A stretch of 64,000 nucleotides of DNA from an uncultured Gammaproteobacteria bacterium (GTDB taxonomy: Bacteria > Patescibacteriota > Microgenomatia > UBA1406 > GWC2-37-13). The stretch covers positions 24,060 to 88,059 of the forward strand of contig CAYMOO010000001.1 of assembly GCA_964392185.1 (NCBI GenBank). The letters are read 5' to 3'. The first letter of the stretch is position 1. Every line of letters begins with the position of its first letter. A program made the position numbers and the translations under genes. Below the pieces are notes generated by a model. That model had not been told where the DNA came from and did not search any database. It worked only from the letters and a program-made list of their open reading frames with translations. Shown in pieces: positions 42,353 to 50,766 of this stretch.

Positions 42353-44752
42353 TCAACACGCCGCATAACCACAGGCATAACATTTACTACAACCCTCTTC
42401 ATTGGCCAAAGTTGAGTTACCGCATTCGGGACAAAGATCAAAGTGAGCGGGCATCGCTGCTTGGGCAACGGGTGCCTGAATGCTCTGACTTGCCAATTGG
42501 GCTTGTTTCGGTGCCTGATCTGCTACAACGGCGTGTCCATTACTTTGACCATTTGTCGCCGCACCATTGTTCATTTTTTGCATCTGTTGTTGGCGTGAAA
42601 AATGCATCATGAGAACTTTGGCGATCGCGTCCGGCAAACTGAGAATCCTCGACTTACCAAAACCCATCGCTCTCGCGCCGCCAATACCCTGCATTTGTCT
42701 AACGATCTCAGTAACTCTTTCTTGGGGGGATAAATGCGATGCGAAACGTAAAGCTACAGAAATCACCCTCCCCATACCTTCCGCCATCGCGTTTACATCG
42801 GTTCCGGCCTTACCGACAGTGATGAAAACTTCGTTCGGTTCGCCTTCATCGCTAGTATTTATGGTTATAAAGGCTGTGCCAACCGGTGTGCCAATCTTAT
42901 AAGTCGAGCCATGGACGACCATCGGTCTGGGCTTGACCATGTATTTCGGCTCTTCTTTTTTCTTCTCTTCTTTCTTGTCTTCTATCTTTGACAAAACACC
43001 CTCCCGTGAGCCATCACGCATATAAGTGACGCCTTTTAATCCTAATTTATAAGCTAAATTATATAGACGCTTCACATCTTCGACCGTATGGTTATTGGGT
43101 GCATTACACGTTTTGGATATAGATGCATCAACATATTTCTGAATAGCTCCCTGAACGCGCACATGATCTTCCGGGGTCAGATCGTTTGCGCTTACGAACC
43201 ATTCCGGCTTCTTAAGCATTCCCGCTCTCACTTCCGCCTCGTGTTTCTTGTACCATTCTTCAAAAAGATGGTGTCTTATAATGTGCTCACCGATACGGTC
43301 GCGACGAATAAACTCAAACTCATAAACCGGCTCTATGCCTGAAGTGGTACCGGACATAAGCGAGGTGGAACCCGTCGGAGCCTGCATAAGTAACAAAGAA
43401 TTCCTGATACCTTGCTTTTTAATGCCGTCTTTTATGTCTTCCGGTAGCTGAGAAATAAACTGACCTTCCACGAATTTCTTTGCTTCGAATTTCCCGAAAG
43501 ACCCTTTTTCAGCACCGACTTCAACCGATGCTCTGTAAGCTTCGTCTCTTATTGTGCTATAAACTTTTTCGATAAATTGCAAAGACTCTTCCGAACCGTA
43601 ACGCATGTGGAGTTTTATAAGCGCGTCACCTATTCCCATCGTGCCTAGACCTATTCTTCTCTCCCCTTCCAACTGCGTCTTGCGGATGCCATCAAAAATA
43701 TAAGGATCCATGTCGATGACATTATCTTGGAAACGGACAGCGGTGCGGACAATTTTTCTCAACGTTTTGAAATCGAAGTGACCTTTTTTGTCAATACTCG
43801 ATGAGACAACCAAAGCTGAAAGATTTATCGAGCCAAGGTTGCAAACTCCCCAGGAAGGTAGCGGCTCTTCGCCACAGGGGTTGGTAGCGTTTATCTTATT
43901 CCAATAGTAATTATTGTAAAGCTTGTTACAACGCTCCATAAATACAACTCCTGGTTCGGCCGACTTCCAGGCGGCTTCGGCAATCATATCCCATATCTTT
44001 CTTGCTTTGACGATTTTGTGAACATTAATTTTCTTGCCCAACTTTTTCCATGTATTAATGTCACCATCCCATTTTTCATCGTATTCAGGATCATGAGTGT
44101 CAGGAAAAACCAGCGGCCAATCAGCGTCTTCTTCGACAGCTTTCATAAATGTATCAGATACACAAACGGAGAGATTGGCACCTAGAATACGACGCAAATC
44201 TTGTTTGACGGTTATAAATTCTTCAAGATCCGGATGCCAGTCCCATATCATGAGCATAAGCGCGCCACGTCTTGTACCGCCTTGCTGAATAATATCGCGT
44301 GTGGCAACGGAAAAGAGCTCCGCCCAGTTCATCGGGCCAGAAGAATAACCATTGACTTTTTCGACCCGCATACCTCTTGGCCTTAAAGAAGAAAGATTGA
44401 AGCCGACACCGCCACCATGGGCCATAATTTCAACCATTTGCTTTAATGTGTCGAGAATCCCACCGCGAGAATCCTTGGGTGATGGAATAACAAAACAGTT
44501 ATAGTAGGTAACCTTATATCCGGTACCGGCACCGGCTAGAATTCTTCCTCCCGGAACATACTTAAAATCTTTCATGGCAAAATAAAATTCTTTTTCCCAT
44601 TTTTTTCTTTCTTTTGGCTTTTCCAGCTCAGCGACCGCTTTGGCGACACGTTTCCACATTTCATCTGGTGTTTTTTCTTGTGGTTCACCTTTCTTGTTTT
44701 TTAACGAATAGCGATCGAGAAAGACTTTTTGCGAGATACCCGTGAGTTTCAT
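42353..44752 (-). CDS. nrdJ: Adenosylcobalamin-dependent (class II) ribonucleotide reductase
   Basis: 799-aa ORF with the active-site region NPCGEEPLPSWGVCNLGSINL. It has a Gln/Ala-rich insertion and a C-terminal zinc ribbon CPECGNSTLANEEGCSKCYACGY. Confidence 0.9.
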   Translation of the reverse strand: MKLTGISQKVFLDRYSLKNKKGEPQEKTPDEMWKRVAKAVAELEKPKERKKWEKEFYFAMKDFKYVPGGRILAGAGTGYKVTYYNCFVIPSPKDSRGGILDTLKQMVEIMAHGGGVGFNLSSLRPRGMRVEKVNGYSSGPMNWAELFSVATRDIIQQGGTRRGALMLMIWDWHPDLEEFITVKQDLRRILGANLSVCVSDTFMKAVEEDADWPLVFPDTHDPEYDEKWDGDINTWKKLGKKINVHKIVKARKIWDMIAEAAWKSAEPGVVFMERCNKLYNNYYWNKINATNPCGEEPLPSWGVCNLGSINLSALVVSSSIDKKGHFDFKTLRKIVRTAVRFQDNVIDMDPYIFDGIRKTQLEGERRIGLGTMGIGDALIKLHMRYGSEESLQFIEKVYSTIRDEAYRASVEVGAEKGSFGKFEAKKFVEGQFISQLPEDIKDGIKKQGIRNSLLLMQAPTGSTSLMSGTTSGIEPVYEFEFIRRDRIGEHIIRHHLFEEWYKKHEAEVRAGMLKKPEWFVSANDLTPEDHVRVQGAIQKYVDASISKTCNAPNNHTVEDVKRLYNLAYKLGLKGVTYMRDGSREGVLSKIEDKKEEKKKEEPKYMVKPRPMVVHGSTYKIGTPVGTAFITINTSDEGEPNEVFITVGKAGTDVNAMAEGMGRVISVALRFASHLSPQERVTEIVRQMQGIGGARAMGFGKSRILSLPDAIAKVLMMHFSRQQQMQKMNNGAATNGQSNGHAVVADQAPKQAQLASQSIQAPVAQAAMPAHFDLCPECGNSTLANEEGCSKCYACGYAAC

Positions 44753-44765
44753 AAAAATTGAAAAT

Positions 44766-45212
44766 TTATAATATTTTTTTTAATTCCTTTTGGAATTCTT
44801 CCACATCGAGAAATCTTCTAAACACCGAAGCGAATCTAATATATGCAACTTTGTCTATGGATTTGAGGTTGGTCGCTACCATGTCCCCTATCGCCTGACT
44901 ATCAACCTCGGCTTCTTCTCTCTGCGTTATCTCGGTTTCTATTGCGTCAATAATTCTTTCTACCTGTTCTGCCGAAACGGTTGTTTTTTCAACCGAACGA
45001 ATCACGCCGGCTCTTATTTTGTCACGGTTGAAGCGTTCGCGTCTGCCGTCACGTTTTATCACCAAGATCGGCAACTCCTCTATTCGTTCGTACGTAGTGA
45101 ATCTTTTTTTGCAAGACGCACAGGTGCGTCTTCTTCTGATTGTGCGTCCGTCTTCCGACGCTCTCGTTTCGATTACCTCGGTTTCGATGTTTTTACAAAA
45201 TAAACAGTGCAT
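44766..45212 (-). CDS. nrdR: Transcriptional repressor NrdR
   Basis: 148-aa ORF with the zinc ribbon MHCLFCKN...CASCKKRFTTYE, followed by an ATP-cone (VIKRDGRRERFNRDKI). Confidence 0.9.
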   Translation of the reverse strand: MHCLFCKNIETEVIETRASEDGRTIRRRRTCASCKKRFTTYERIEELPILVIKRDGRRERFNRDKIRAGVIRSVEKTTVSAEQVERIIDAIETEITQREEAEVDSQAIGDMVATNLKSIDKVAYIRFASVFRRFLDVEEFQKELKKIL

Positions 45213-45240
45213 CTTGAAAAAAATTCAGACCTATTCCAAC

Positions 45241-45288
45241 ATAATTTATATAGTGTCACATACAAGACTAAAACACTAATGGTATGAA
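45241..45288. promoter_or_regulatory. Two candidate NrdR boxes upstream of nrdR-nrdJ
   Basis: ATAATTTATATAGTGT (45241-45256) has a right half that perfectly matches the acaCwAtATaTwGtgt consensus. ACACTAATGGTATGAA (45273-45288) has a matching left half. The start-to-start spacing is 32 bp, as expected for tandem NrdR boxes. Both boxes are degenerate. Confidence 0.35.
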
Positions 45289-45395
45289 TGCAAGATATCA
45301 AAATCTCTTTTAAATACATCAGTTTTTCTACACATTTTTTAAACATTAAATATTTTTACTTATCCGACAATCTAAAGTTGATATAATATAAACCT

Positions 45396-46031
45396 ATGAA
45401 CAAAAAACAGCTAAACAACAGTCTAAAACGAATTCTATATCTGATACAACAAGCTGGGACACTTATGTTATTTCCTCGAACCCATATACGCTCGCTCGGC
45501 AACACATTTGACACAGTCGCTTCACATAGTCACCATGTGGCGGTGATTTGCTACTGTATTTGCCGCATGGAGGGGTTGAGTCACGAAGAAGCAATCAACG
45601 GGGTAGCAATGGCGGTATTTCACGATTTGGCGGAAGCCCGTACGGGCGATTTGGATTTTGTCGCCAAACATTACGGTAAAGTTGACGAGAAAAAAGCAAT
45701 CGATGATCAGTTCTCCGGCACGCCTTTCGTAGAAGATCTCACAAAAATGATGGATGAGTATAATGCGCGAGAGTCGTGGGTGTCCAAATGCACAAAAGAC
45801 GCCGATAGTTTGGCACAGATGTTTGCCGAATGGGTTCTTATGTGGCAGGGAAACAAACTCGCTGGAAAATGGTTTGAGTCGGACTACAAAGACAGATTGC
45901 CCGCCTTCAAAACAGAATCAGCGAGGCGGTTGGCTCTCGCTATGAAGGATAGTAATCCGCATGAATGGTGGTGGAGCCAGTTTATGCAAAATGATGTCGC
46001 GATTGATAAAGAAAAATTGACGGGAAAATAA
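45396..46031 (+). CDS. HD-domain phosphohydrolase (YfbR-like 5'-nucleotidase family)
   Basis: 211-aa ORF with VASHSHHVAVICY (H) and FHDLAEARTGDL (HD...D) metal-binding motifs. Confidence 0.75.
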   Translation: MNKKQLNNSLKRILYLIQQAGTLMLFPRTHIRSLGNTFDTVASHSHHVAVICYCICRMEGLSHEEAINGVAMAVFHDLAEARTGDLDFVAKHYGKVDEKKAIDDQFSGTPFVEDLTKMMDEYNARESWVSKCTKDADSLAQMFAEWVLMWQGNKLAGKWFESDYKDRLPAFKTESARRLALAMKDSNPHEWWWSQFMQNDVAIDKEKLTGK

Positions 46032-46107
46032 TAAAAAACGGAGTCACAAACACTTACAACTATTATCGAAAGGAATAATTTGACGGCCCATATGATATCA
46101 TTAACTT

Positions 46108-46725
46108 ATGGAATCATATGTTCTGGACACCAATCTATTTTTCAATATGGAAGCGGGGATCGGCCTTGGCAACAAGACAGAAGAGGTTGTTATCGCGATA
46201 ACAGAAGGCGTAATAAGACATAAAAACAATAAAACAGCGGAATTTCTGATGCCGCCGAGAATAGTCGAAGAATTTTTAAGTTTTTTTGAGAACAAAGAGC
46301 AGTCATTTATAAAAAAATTACTTGCAACAATTACCGTAAAATCTCCGCAGATTCACCGCGACCAGATATCAGCGACTGTTTTTTACGAACTGGTAAATGA
46401 TATTCGCACAAGAAGCTATCGAGGGTTGGCACTAGGTGAAGATAGCTTGAAAAACATGGCAAAAATGATGGAGAACAAACAAACGGAAAGCAAGAAAGAT
46501 TTCGAGATGACAACCGGTCCGATTATCAAAAACTTCCGCGAACGGTACCGTCAGGCCACTAGGTTTGGTTTCCTAGATAGTGTCGCTGATCTGGATTTAA
46601 TAATGCTTGCTCGCGAACAAGGTGCTGCTATAGTGTCCACCGACGAGGGCGTCGTGAAATGGGGAAGAATATTCGGTGTTCAGGAACTATCACCCTCGGC
46701 ATTTAGTCAGATCGTTAAGGGTTAA
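46108..46725 (+). CDS. PIN-domain protein of the archaeal RNA-ligase-partner (MJ_0950) type
   Basis: 205-aa ORF. YVLDTNLFFN, AEFLMPPRIVEEF, VFYELVNDIRTRSYRGL and FLDSVADLDLIMLAREQGAAIVSTDEGVVKWGRIFGV parallel the archaeal family as I remember it. Confidence 0.55.
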   Translation: MESYVLDTNLFFNMEAGIGLGNKTEEVVIAITEGVIRHKNNKTAEFLMPPRIVEEFLSFFENKEQSFIKKLLATITVKSPQIHRDQISATVFYELVNDIRTRSYRGLALGEDSLKNMAKMMENKQTESKKDFEMTTGPIIKNFRERYRQATRFGFLDSVADLDLIMLAREQGAAIVSTDEGVVKWGRIFGVQELSPSAFSQIVKG

Positions 46726-46943
46726 TATAACCGGGTATTATCTTTGTCTTTGCGAACGACAAAAAACCTTCCCGTCCCGTCGTTTGGAGCATATATAACT
46801 CTATTACCGTCCGAAGACTCTATGACTGTCTCGGAATAACCGCTCCATCCCTCATTCGCCGGTTGCACGTGTGATATGAGCTCACCGTTTTGATCGAGAT
46901 GACCTTTGTAAGTACCGGTATCAATAGGCGGACCTTCTTTCAT
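46722..46943 (-). CDS. Hypothetical small protein
   Basis: 73-aa ORF with no motif. Coding status is uncertain. Confidence 0.3.
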   Translation of the reverse strand: MKEGPPIDTGTYKGHLDQNGELISHVQPANEGWSGYSETVIESSDGNRVIYAPNDGTGRFFVVRKDKDNTRLY

Positions 46944-47027
46944 AATTTCACCTCCTTTGGGATCGATAAATATATCTTAGTATGGAGATGGAGCTTACGG
47001 CGTGATCCCAATCACGGCATAAATAAA

Positions 47028-47579
47028 TCAAACCGACTCTTTGACAATTTTAGGAGAATCCTCTTCTGGAATAAGAAAGGCTAACCAGTCGATAATTTTT
47101 TCAATGAAAGTCTTATGATGATTTTCTTGATAAATAATATGTTCTGATAAAATTTCGATAATTTTGTGCTTGAGCCCTTCGTTGGGAACAACGAAATATA
47201 AATGATGATTAAAAGGTGGGTGACTGACAACCACTAAAATAGTTGAGCCGAATCTTTCGGTAAAATAAAAGTGTGATATAAGCTCCCAACGGGCTGTTAT
47301 ATCGGCACTCTCTATACCGAATTTGGTGATTCTGTGCTTTATCTGCTGTGCTGGCGTAATTGTGAGTGTATAAAAGAGAAACAAAAGCGCCCATATCGGA
47401 ATAAGTAGTATCGTGTCGCTGAAAAACGCCACAAATAGAGAAAGCAACAGTGCCAATGCCAAGTAGAAACGCATGATTTTATGACTGGGTTTTTTATGTG
47501 GTCTTATCGGAGCAGTCCACTCAAGTAATAGTTGTGGATTTTTTCCCGAACCAATCACTTCCGTGTCGGTCTTGTACAT
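47028..47579 (-). CDS. Hypothetical membrane protein (two TM helices plus cytoplasmic domain)
   Basis: 183-aa ORF with the hydrophobic hairpin FYLALALLLSLFVAFF / LLIPIWALLFLFYTL. No family is recognised. Confidence 0.45.
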   Translation of the reverse strand: MYKTDTEVIGSGKNPQLLLEWTAPIRPHKKPSHKIMRFYLALALLLSLFVAFFSDTILLIPIWALLFLFYTLTITPAQQIKHRITKFGIESADITARWELISHFYFTERFGSTILVVVSHPPFNHHLYFVVPNEGLKHKIIEILSEHIIYQENHHKTFIEKIIDWLAFLIPEEDSPKIVKESV

Positions 47580-47612
47580 ACTTTATTCTTGTCTATTAGT
47601 GAAGAAAAGTCA

Positions 47613-48635
47613 ATGAGAAACTGGTATATTAGTGTTATGAAGGAAATGAAAGTGGAAATATCGACGCGGACGATACTTGTCGCATTGGCTACGGTTATGG
47701 CGCTTTACATTGTGTGGCTTATACAAGATCTATTATATTCTCTTTTTATCGCCTTCATCTTAATGAGTGCATTAAGGCCAGTTGTACAGATACTCAAACG
47801 CCACAAAGCACCTCATTCTCTGGCGGTTATAATGGTTTACATATCATTTATTTTATTCATCGTAATACTGTTCGGAATAATTATCCCACCGTTAACAATC
47901 GAAACCGTCTCTCTTATAAAAAATTTACCCGATATTATTTCCAGTATGGGTCCGCTGGCTGAAAAATGGATCAGGGAAGATTCTATCAGTCAGTATGTTC
48001 CATCAATTACCAACAATATCTTTTCGTTGGCGGGAAGTATTTTTGAAAATATCTTATTTATAATTTCGACTCTTTTCTTTGGCTTCTATTTCCTAGTCGA
48101 AGAAAACATTCTAAAAAAATTCATTGCTAAAATTTTCGAAAATGGAGAACAACACATAACCGGGAGAGTGGTGATAAAAGCCGAACAACGAATGTCTTCC
48201 TGGTTTTGGGGGGAACTTACTCTCATGCTTATTATTGGACTTATGACCTTTGTAACGCTTAACCTTATCGGAATGAGCCGCTACGCACTTCCTTTAGCTG
48301 TTCTTGCCGGCCTGCTTGAAGCGGTGCCTAATATCGGTCCCGTCATCTCGGCGGTCCCCGCTCTTATTATAGGCCTAGCCAACTCTCCGGTTACCGGCGC
48401 CCTGGCAGTCAGCTCCTATTTCATAATCCAACAATTGGAAAATAATATGATTGTTCCTGTAGTTATGAAGAAAACTGTCGGCATAAATCCAATAATCACT
48501 TTAATCGTGCTTATAATTGGTGGTCGACTGGGAGGTATTTTGGGACTATTCCTTTCTATCCCAATATACGTGGTTATCGAGACCACAATTATAGAATTCC
48601 TAAAAGAACATAGGCCTGCGGATATTCTGCGGTAA
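47613..48635 (+). CDS. AI-2E family transporter (PerM-like permease)
   Basis: Polytopic ORF with GLLEAVPNIGPVISAVPALIIGL typical of the AI-2E family. I prefer the ATG at 47613 (MRNWY). The ORF-track start at 47532 overlaps the divergent gene. Confidence 0.75.
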   Translation: MRNWYISVMKEMKVEISTRTILVALATVMALYIVWLIQDLLYSLFIAFILMSALRPVVQILKRHKAPHSLAVIMVYISFILFIVILFGIIIPPLTIETVSLIKNLPDIISSMGPLAEKWIREDSISQYVPSITNNIFSLAGSIFENILFIISTLFFGFYFLVEENILKKFIAKIFENGEQHITGRVVIKAEQRMSSWFWGELTLMLIIGLMTFVTLNLIGMSRYALPLAVLAGLLEAVPNIGPVISAVPALIIGLANSPVTGALAVSSYFIIQQLENNMIVPVVMKKTVGINPIITLIVLIIGGRLGGILGLFLSIPIYVVIETTIIEFLKEHRPADILR

Positions 48636-48665
48636 TTACGCGGTAATAAATATTTAGTATTATAT

Positions 48666-49940
48666 ATGAAAATCGCTATTCTTGGGGGAGGCTACACAGG
48701 GCTTACCGCGGCATATTATCTTAAAAAATCCAACCATGAGGTTCATATCTTTGAGCGCTTGCCAGCGTTGGGCGGGCTCGCATCCGGATTCAACTCAGGC
48801 AAGTGGGAATGGCCGCTTGAGAGAGCCTATCATCATCTTTTCGCCTCTGACAATGATATTTTGGATTTTGCCAAAGAGATAGGTTTTAATAAAATTTACT
48901 TTCGTGCCCCTCATACAGATTCTCTTTACAAAGTCGAAGATAATTACCGCATATTTCCCTTAGATACTCCGCAAGATTTTATGAAATTTCCCTTGCTGAC
49001 TTTTTGGGAAAAGATAAGAGCTGCGTTGGTAATTGTATTTCTCCGCTTTTCGCCTCACTTAAAAATATACGAAAAGACCCCTGCCAAAGATTTTCTGATG
49101 AAAACAATGGGGGAGAAATGCTGGCAAGTGTTATGGGAACAACTCTTTCGGAAAAAATTCGGTAAATACGCGGAAAATGTTCTTATGTCTTTTTTCTGGG
49201 CAAGAATCTCCAAAAGAACTAAAAATTTAGGCTACATGGGGGGCGGCTTTCAGGCTTTCACCGACTTTCTGGAAAACAAAGTGGGGTCGATGGGGGCTAA
49301 AATACACAAGAACGCTACAATAAAAAAAATATCAAAAAATGGTGGTGACTATAACCTGGAGATCGAAGGAAGAAGCGAAACATTCGATATTGTCATATCC
49401 ACTCTGCCAACTCCGGTTCTGACCATTCTAGCCAAGGAAATATTTCCGGAAAACTACATCCAAAAACTAAATAAGCTCAAATACTTGAACGCGCTGGTAC
49501 TTATATTGGAAACCCGCACACCTATCCTAAAATCGACTTACTGGCTAAATATTTCAACTCCTGATATACCAATGATGTTTGTTGGGCAACATACCAACTT
49601 TGTCGATCCCAAACACTATGGGCAAGCCAATATAGCTTATATTGGATATTACCTTAAGGAAGATGATAAATTGATGGCGATGTCCAAAGAAGAGTTGATC
49701 GAATATCTCAAGCCATATCTTAAAAATATCAGTGGGTCTGACCTGGATATCACCGATTCTTATCTCTGGAAAGCGCCTTTCGCGCAACCCATATTCGACT
49801 CGGATTTCGCCATAAGCAAGCCCGACTTCAAGACACCACTCAATAATTTTTATGTCGCCAATTTGGATATGACTTACCCTTACGATAGGGGAACTAATTA
49901 TGCTGTTGCATTGGGAAAAAAGGTGGCTACGATGATATAA
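48666..49940 (+). CDS. NAD(P)/FAD-dependent oxidoreductase (amine-oxidase/protoporphyrinogen-oxidase-like fold)
   Basis: 424-aa ORF with the N-terminal dinucleotide fold MKIAILGGGYTGLTAAYYLKKSNHEVHIFERLPALGGLA. Confidence 0.7.
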   Translation: MKIAILGGGYTGLTAAYYLKKSNHEVHIFERLPALGGLASGFNSGKWEWPLERAYHHLFASDNDILDFAKEIGFNKIYFRAPHTDSLYKVEDNYRIFPLDTPQDFMKFPLLTFWEKIRAALVIVFLRFSPHLKIYEKTPAKDFLMKTMGEKCWQVLWEQLFRKKFGKYAENVLMSFFWARISKRTKNLGYMGGGFQAFTDFLENKVGSMGAKIHKNATIKKISKNGGDYNLEIEGRSETFDIVISTLPTPVLTILAKEIFPENYIQKLNKLKYLNALVLILETRTPILKSTYWLNISTPDIPMMFVGQHTNFVDPKHYGQANIAYIGYYLKEDDKLMAMSKEELIEYLKPYLKNISGSDLDITDSYLWKAPFAQPIFDSDFAISKPDFKTPLNNFYVANLDMTYPYDRGTNYAVALGKKVATMI

Positions 49941-49947
49941 TAACTCC

Positions 49948-50640
49948 ATGAAAAAAATGGATTCGCTTCCCTCTATAGTACGTCTTCTTGCGGAGTTAAC
50001 CGTTTTCGATACCTTAGACTTCGAAACCTTTCTTAAGAAACTAATTAGACTACTTACAGAAATTATTCCTGTCGACTCGTGCCTAATATATTTTTACGAT
50101 CGGGAAAATAAAAAACTGACACTAATTGCTTCAAAAAAACCACATAAAAGACTAATTGGAAAAATCGAGATGAAAAGCGGGGAGGGAATAACCGGGTGGG
50201 TAGCTGATCATAAAAAAACCGTAGTACTAAGAAAAAACGCTTATAAGGATATTCGTTTTAAGTTCGTGCGTGAGCTGCCGGAAGACCTGTACGAGGCTTT
50301 TCTGTCTGTCCCCATAGTAGATCGTGAGGGGGTTGTAGGTGTTGTTAACTTCCAGAACAAAAAAAGCTTCAACTTCACCAACCAACAGACAGAACTTATA
50401 AAATCGGTTGTGGGTATTATCGCCGCAGCATTTGAAAACATCATGCTCTCCCGGAAAGTTAATAGTCTGGAGTCGCGATTGCTGGAGCGTAAGATTGTTG
50501 AAAAGGCAAAAGGCTTATTAATGAAAGAGAAAAATATAAATGAATCCGACGCTTACACACTGATCCGCGAAGAAGCAATGAAAAAAAGAAAATCTATAAG
50601 AGAAATAGCTGAGGCCATAGTTCTTGTTTACGGCAGATAA
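49948..50640 (+). CDS. GAF-ANTAR RNA-binding antiterminator-type regulator
   Basis: 230-aa ORF with a GAF domain (GEGITGWVADHKKTVVL ... VGVVNFQN). The C-terminal ANTAR helices read ERKIVEKAKGLLMKEKNINESDAYTLIREEAMKKRKSIREIAEAIV. Confidence 0.8.
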   Translation: MKKMDSLPSIVRLLAELTVFDTLDFETFLKKLIRLLTEIIPVDSCLIYFYDRENKKLTLIASKKPHKRLIGKIEMKSGEGITGWVADHKKTVVLRKNAYKDIRFKFVRELPEDLYEAFLSVPIVDREGVVGVVNFQNKKSFNFTNQQTELIKSVVGIIAAAFENIMLSRKVNSLESRLLERKIVEKAKGLLMKEKNINESDAYTLIREEAMKKRKSIREIAEAIVLVYGR

Positions 50641-50680
50641 TCTATTGAAAAAAAAGATGATAGCTCGTATACTTCTTCCA

Positions 50681-50716
50681 TCTCAACGCTGAGACACTGC
50701 AAGACAATGACGTCTT
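50681..50716 (+). promoter_or_regulatory. Candidate ANTAR target: two tandem hexaloop hairpins in the glnA leader
   Basis: Hairpin 1 is TCTC-AACGCT-GAGA (50681-50694). A 6-nt linker follows, then hairpin 2, AAGAC-AATGAC-GTCTT (50701-50716). Both hexaloops have A at position 1 and G at position 4, as in the published ANTAR dual-hairpin motif. The stems are short, and I see no overlapping terminator. Confidence 0.3.
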
Positions 50717-50766
50717 CATACTCTAACGACACCGGAGTCCATAAATATTTGATAATTTAATAATCT

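Noticed and set aside
42353-44752. Possible intein or intron in nrdJ (and in recA at 56961-57971)
   Set aside because: The lengths are normal for the families. The only insertion in NrdJ is a Gln/Ala-rich low-complexity stretch without intein blocks (no Cys/Ser...HN junctions). RecA is colinear with canonical RecA.
50641-50766. Glutamine riboswitch (glnA RNA motif) in the glnA leader
   Set aside because: The conserved CGUUCACC...GGAAGUAGG-type core is absent. The leader is better described by the two hexaloop hairpins.
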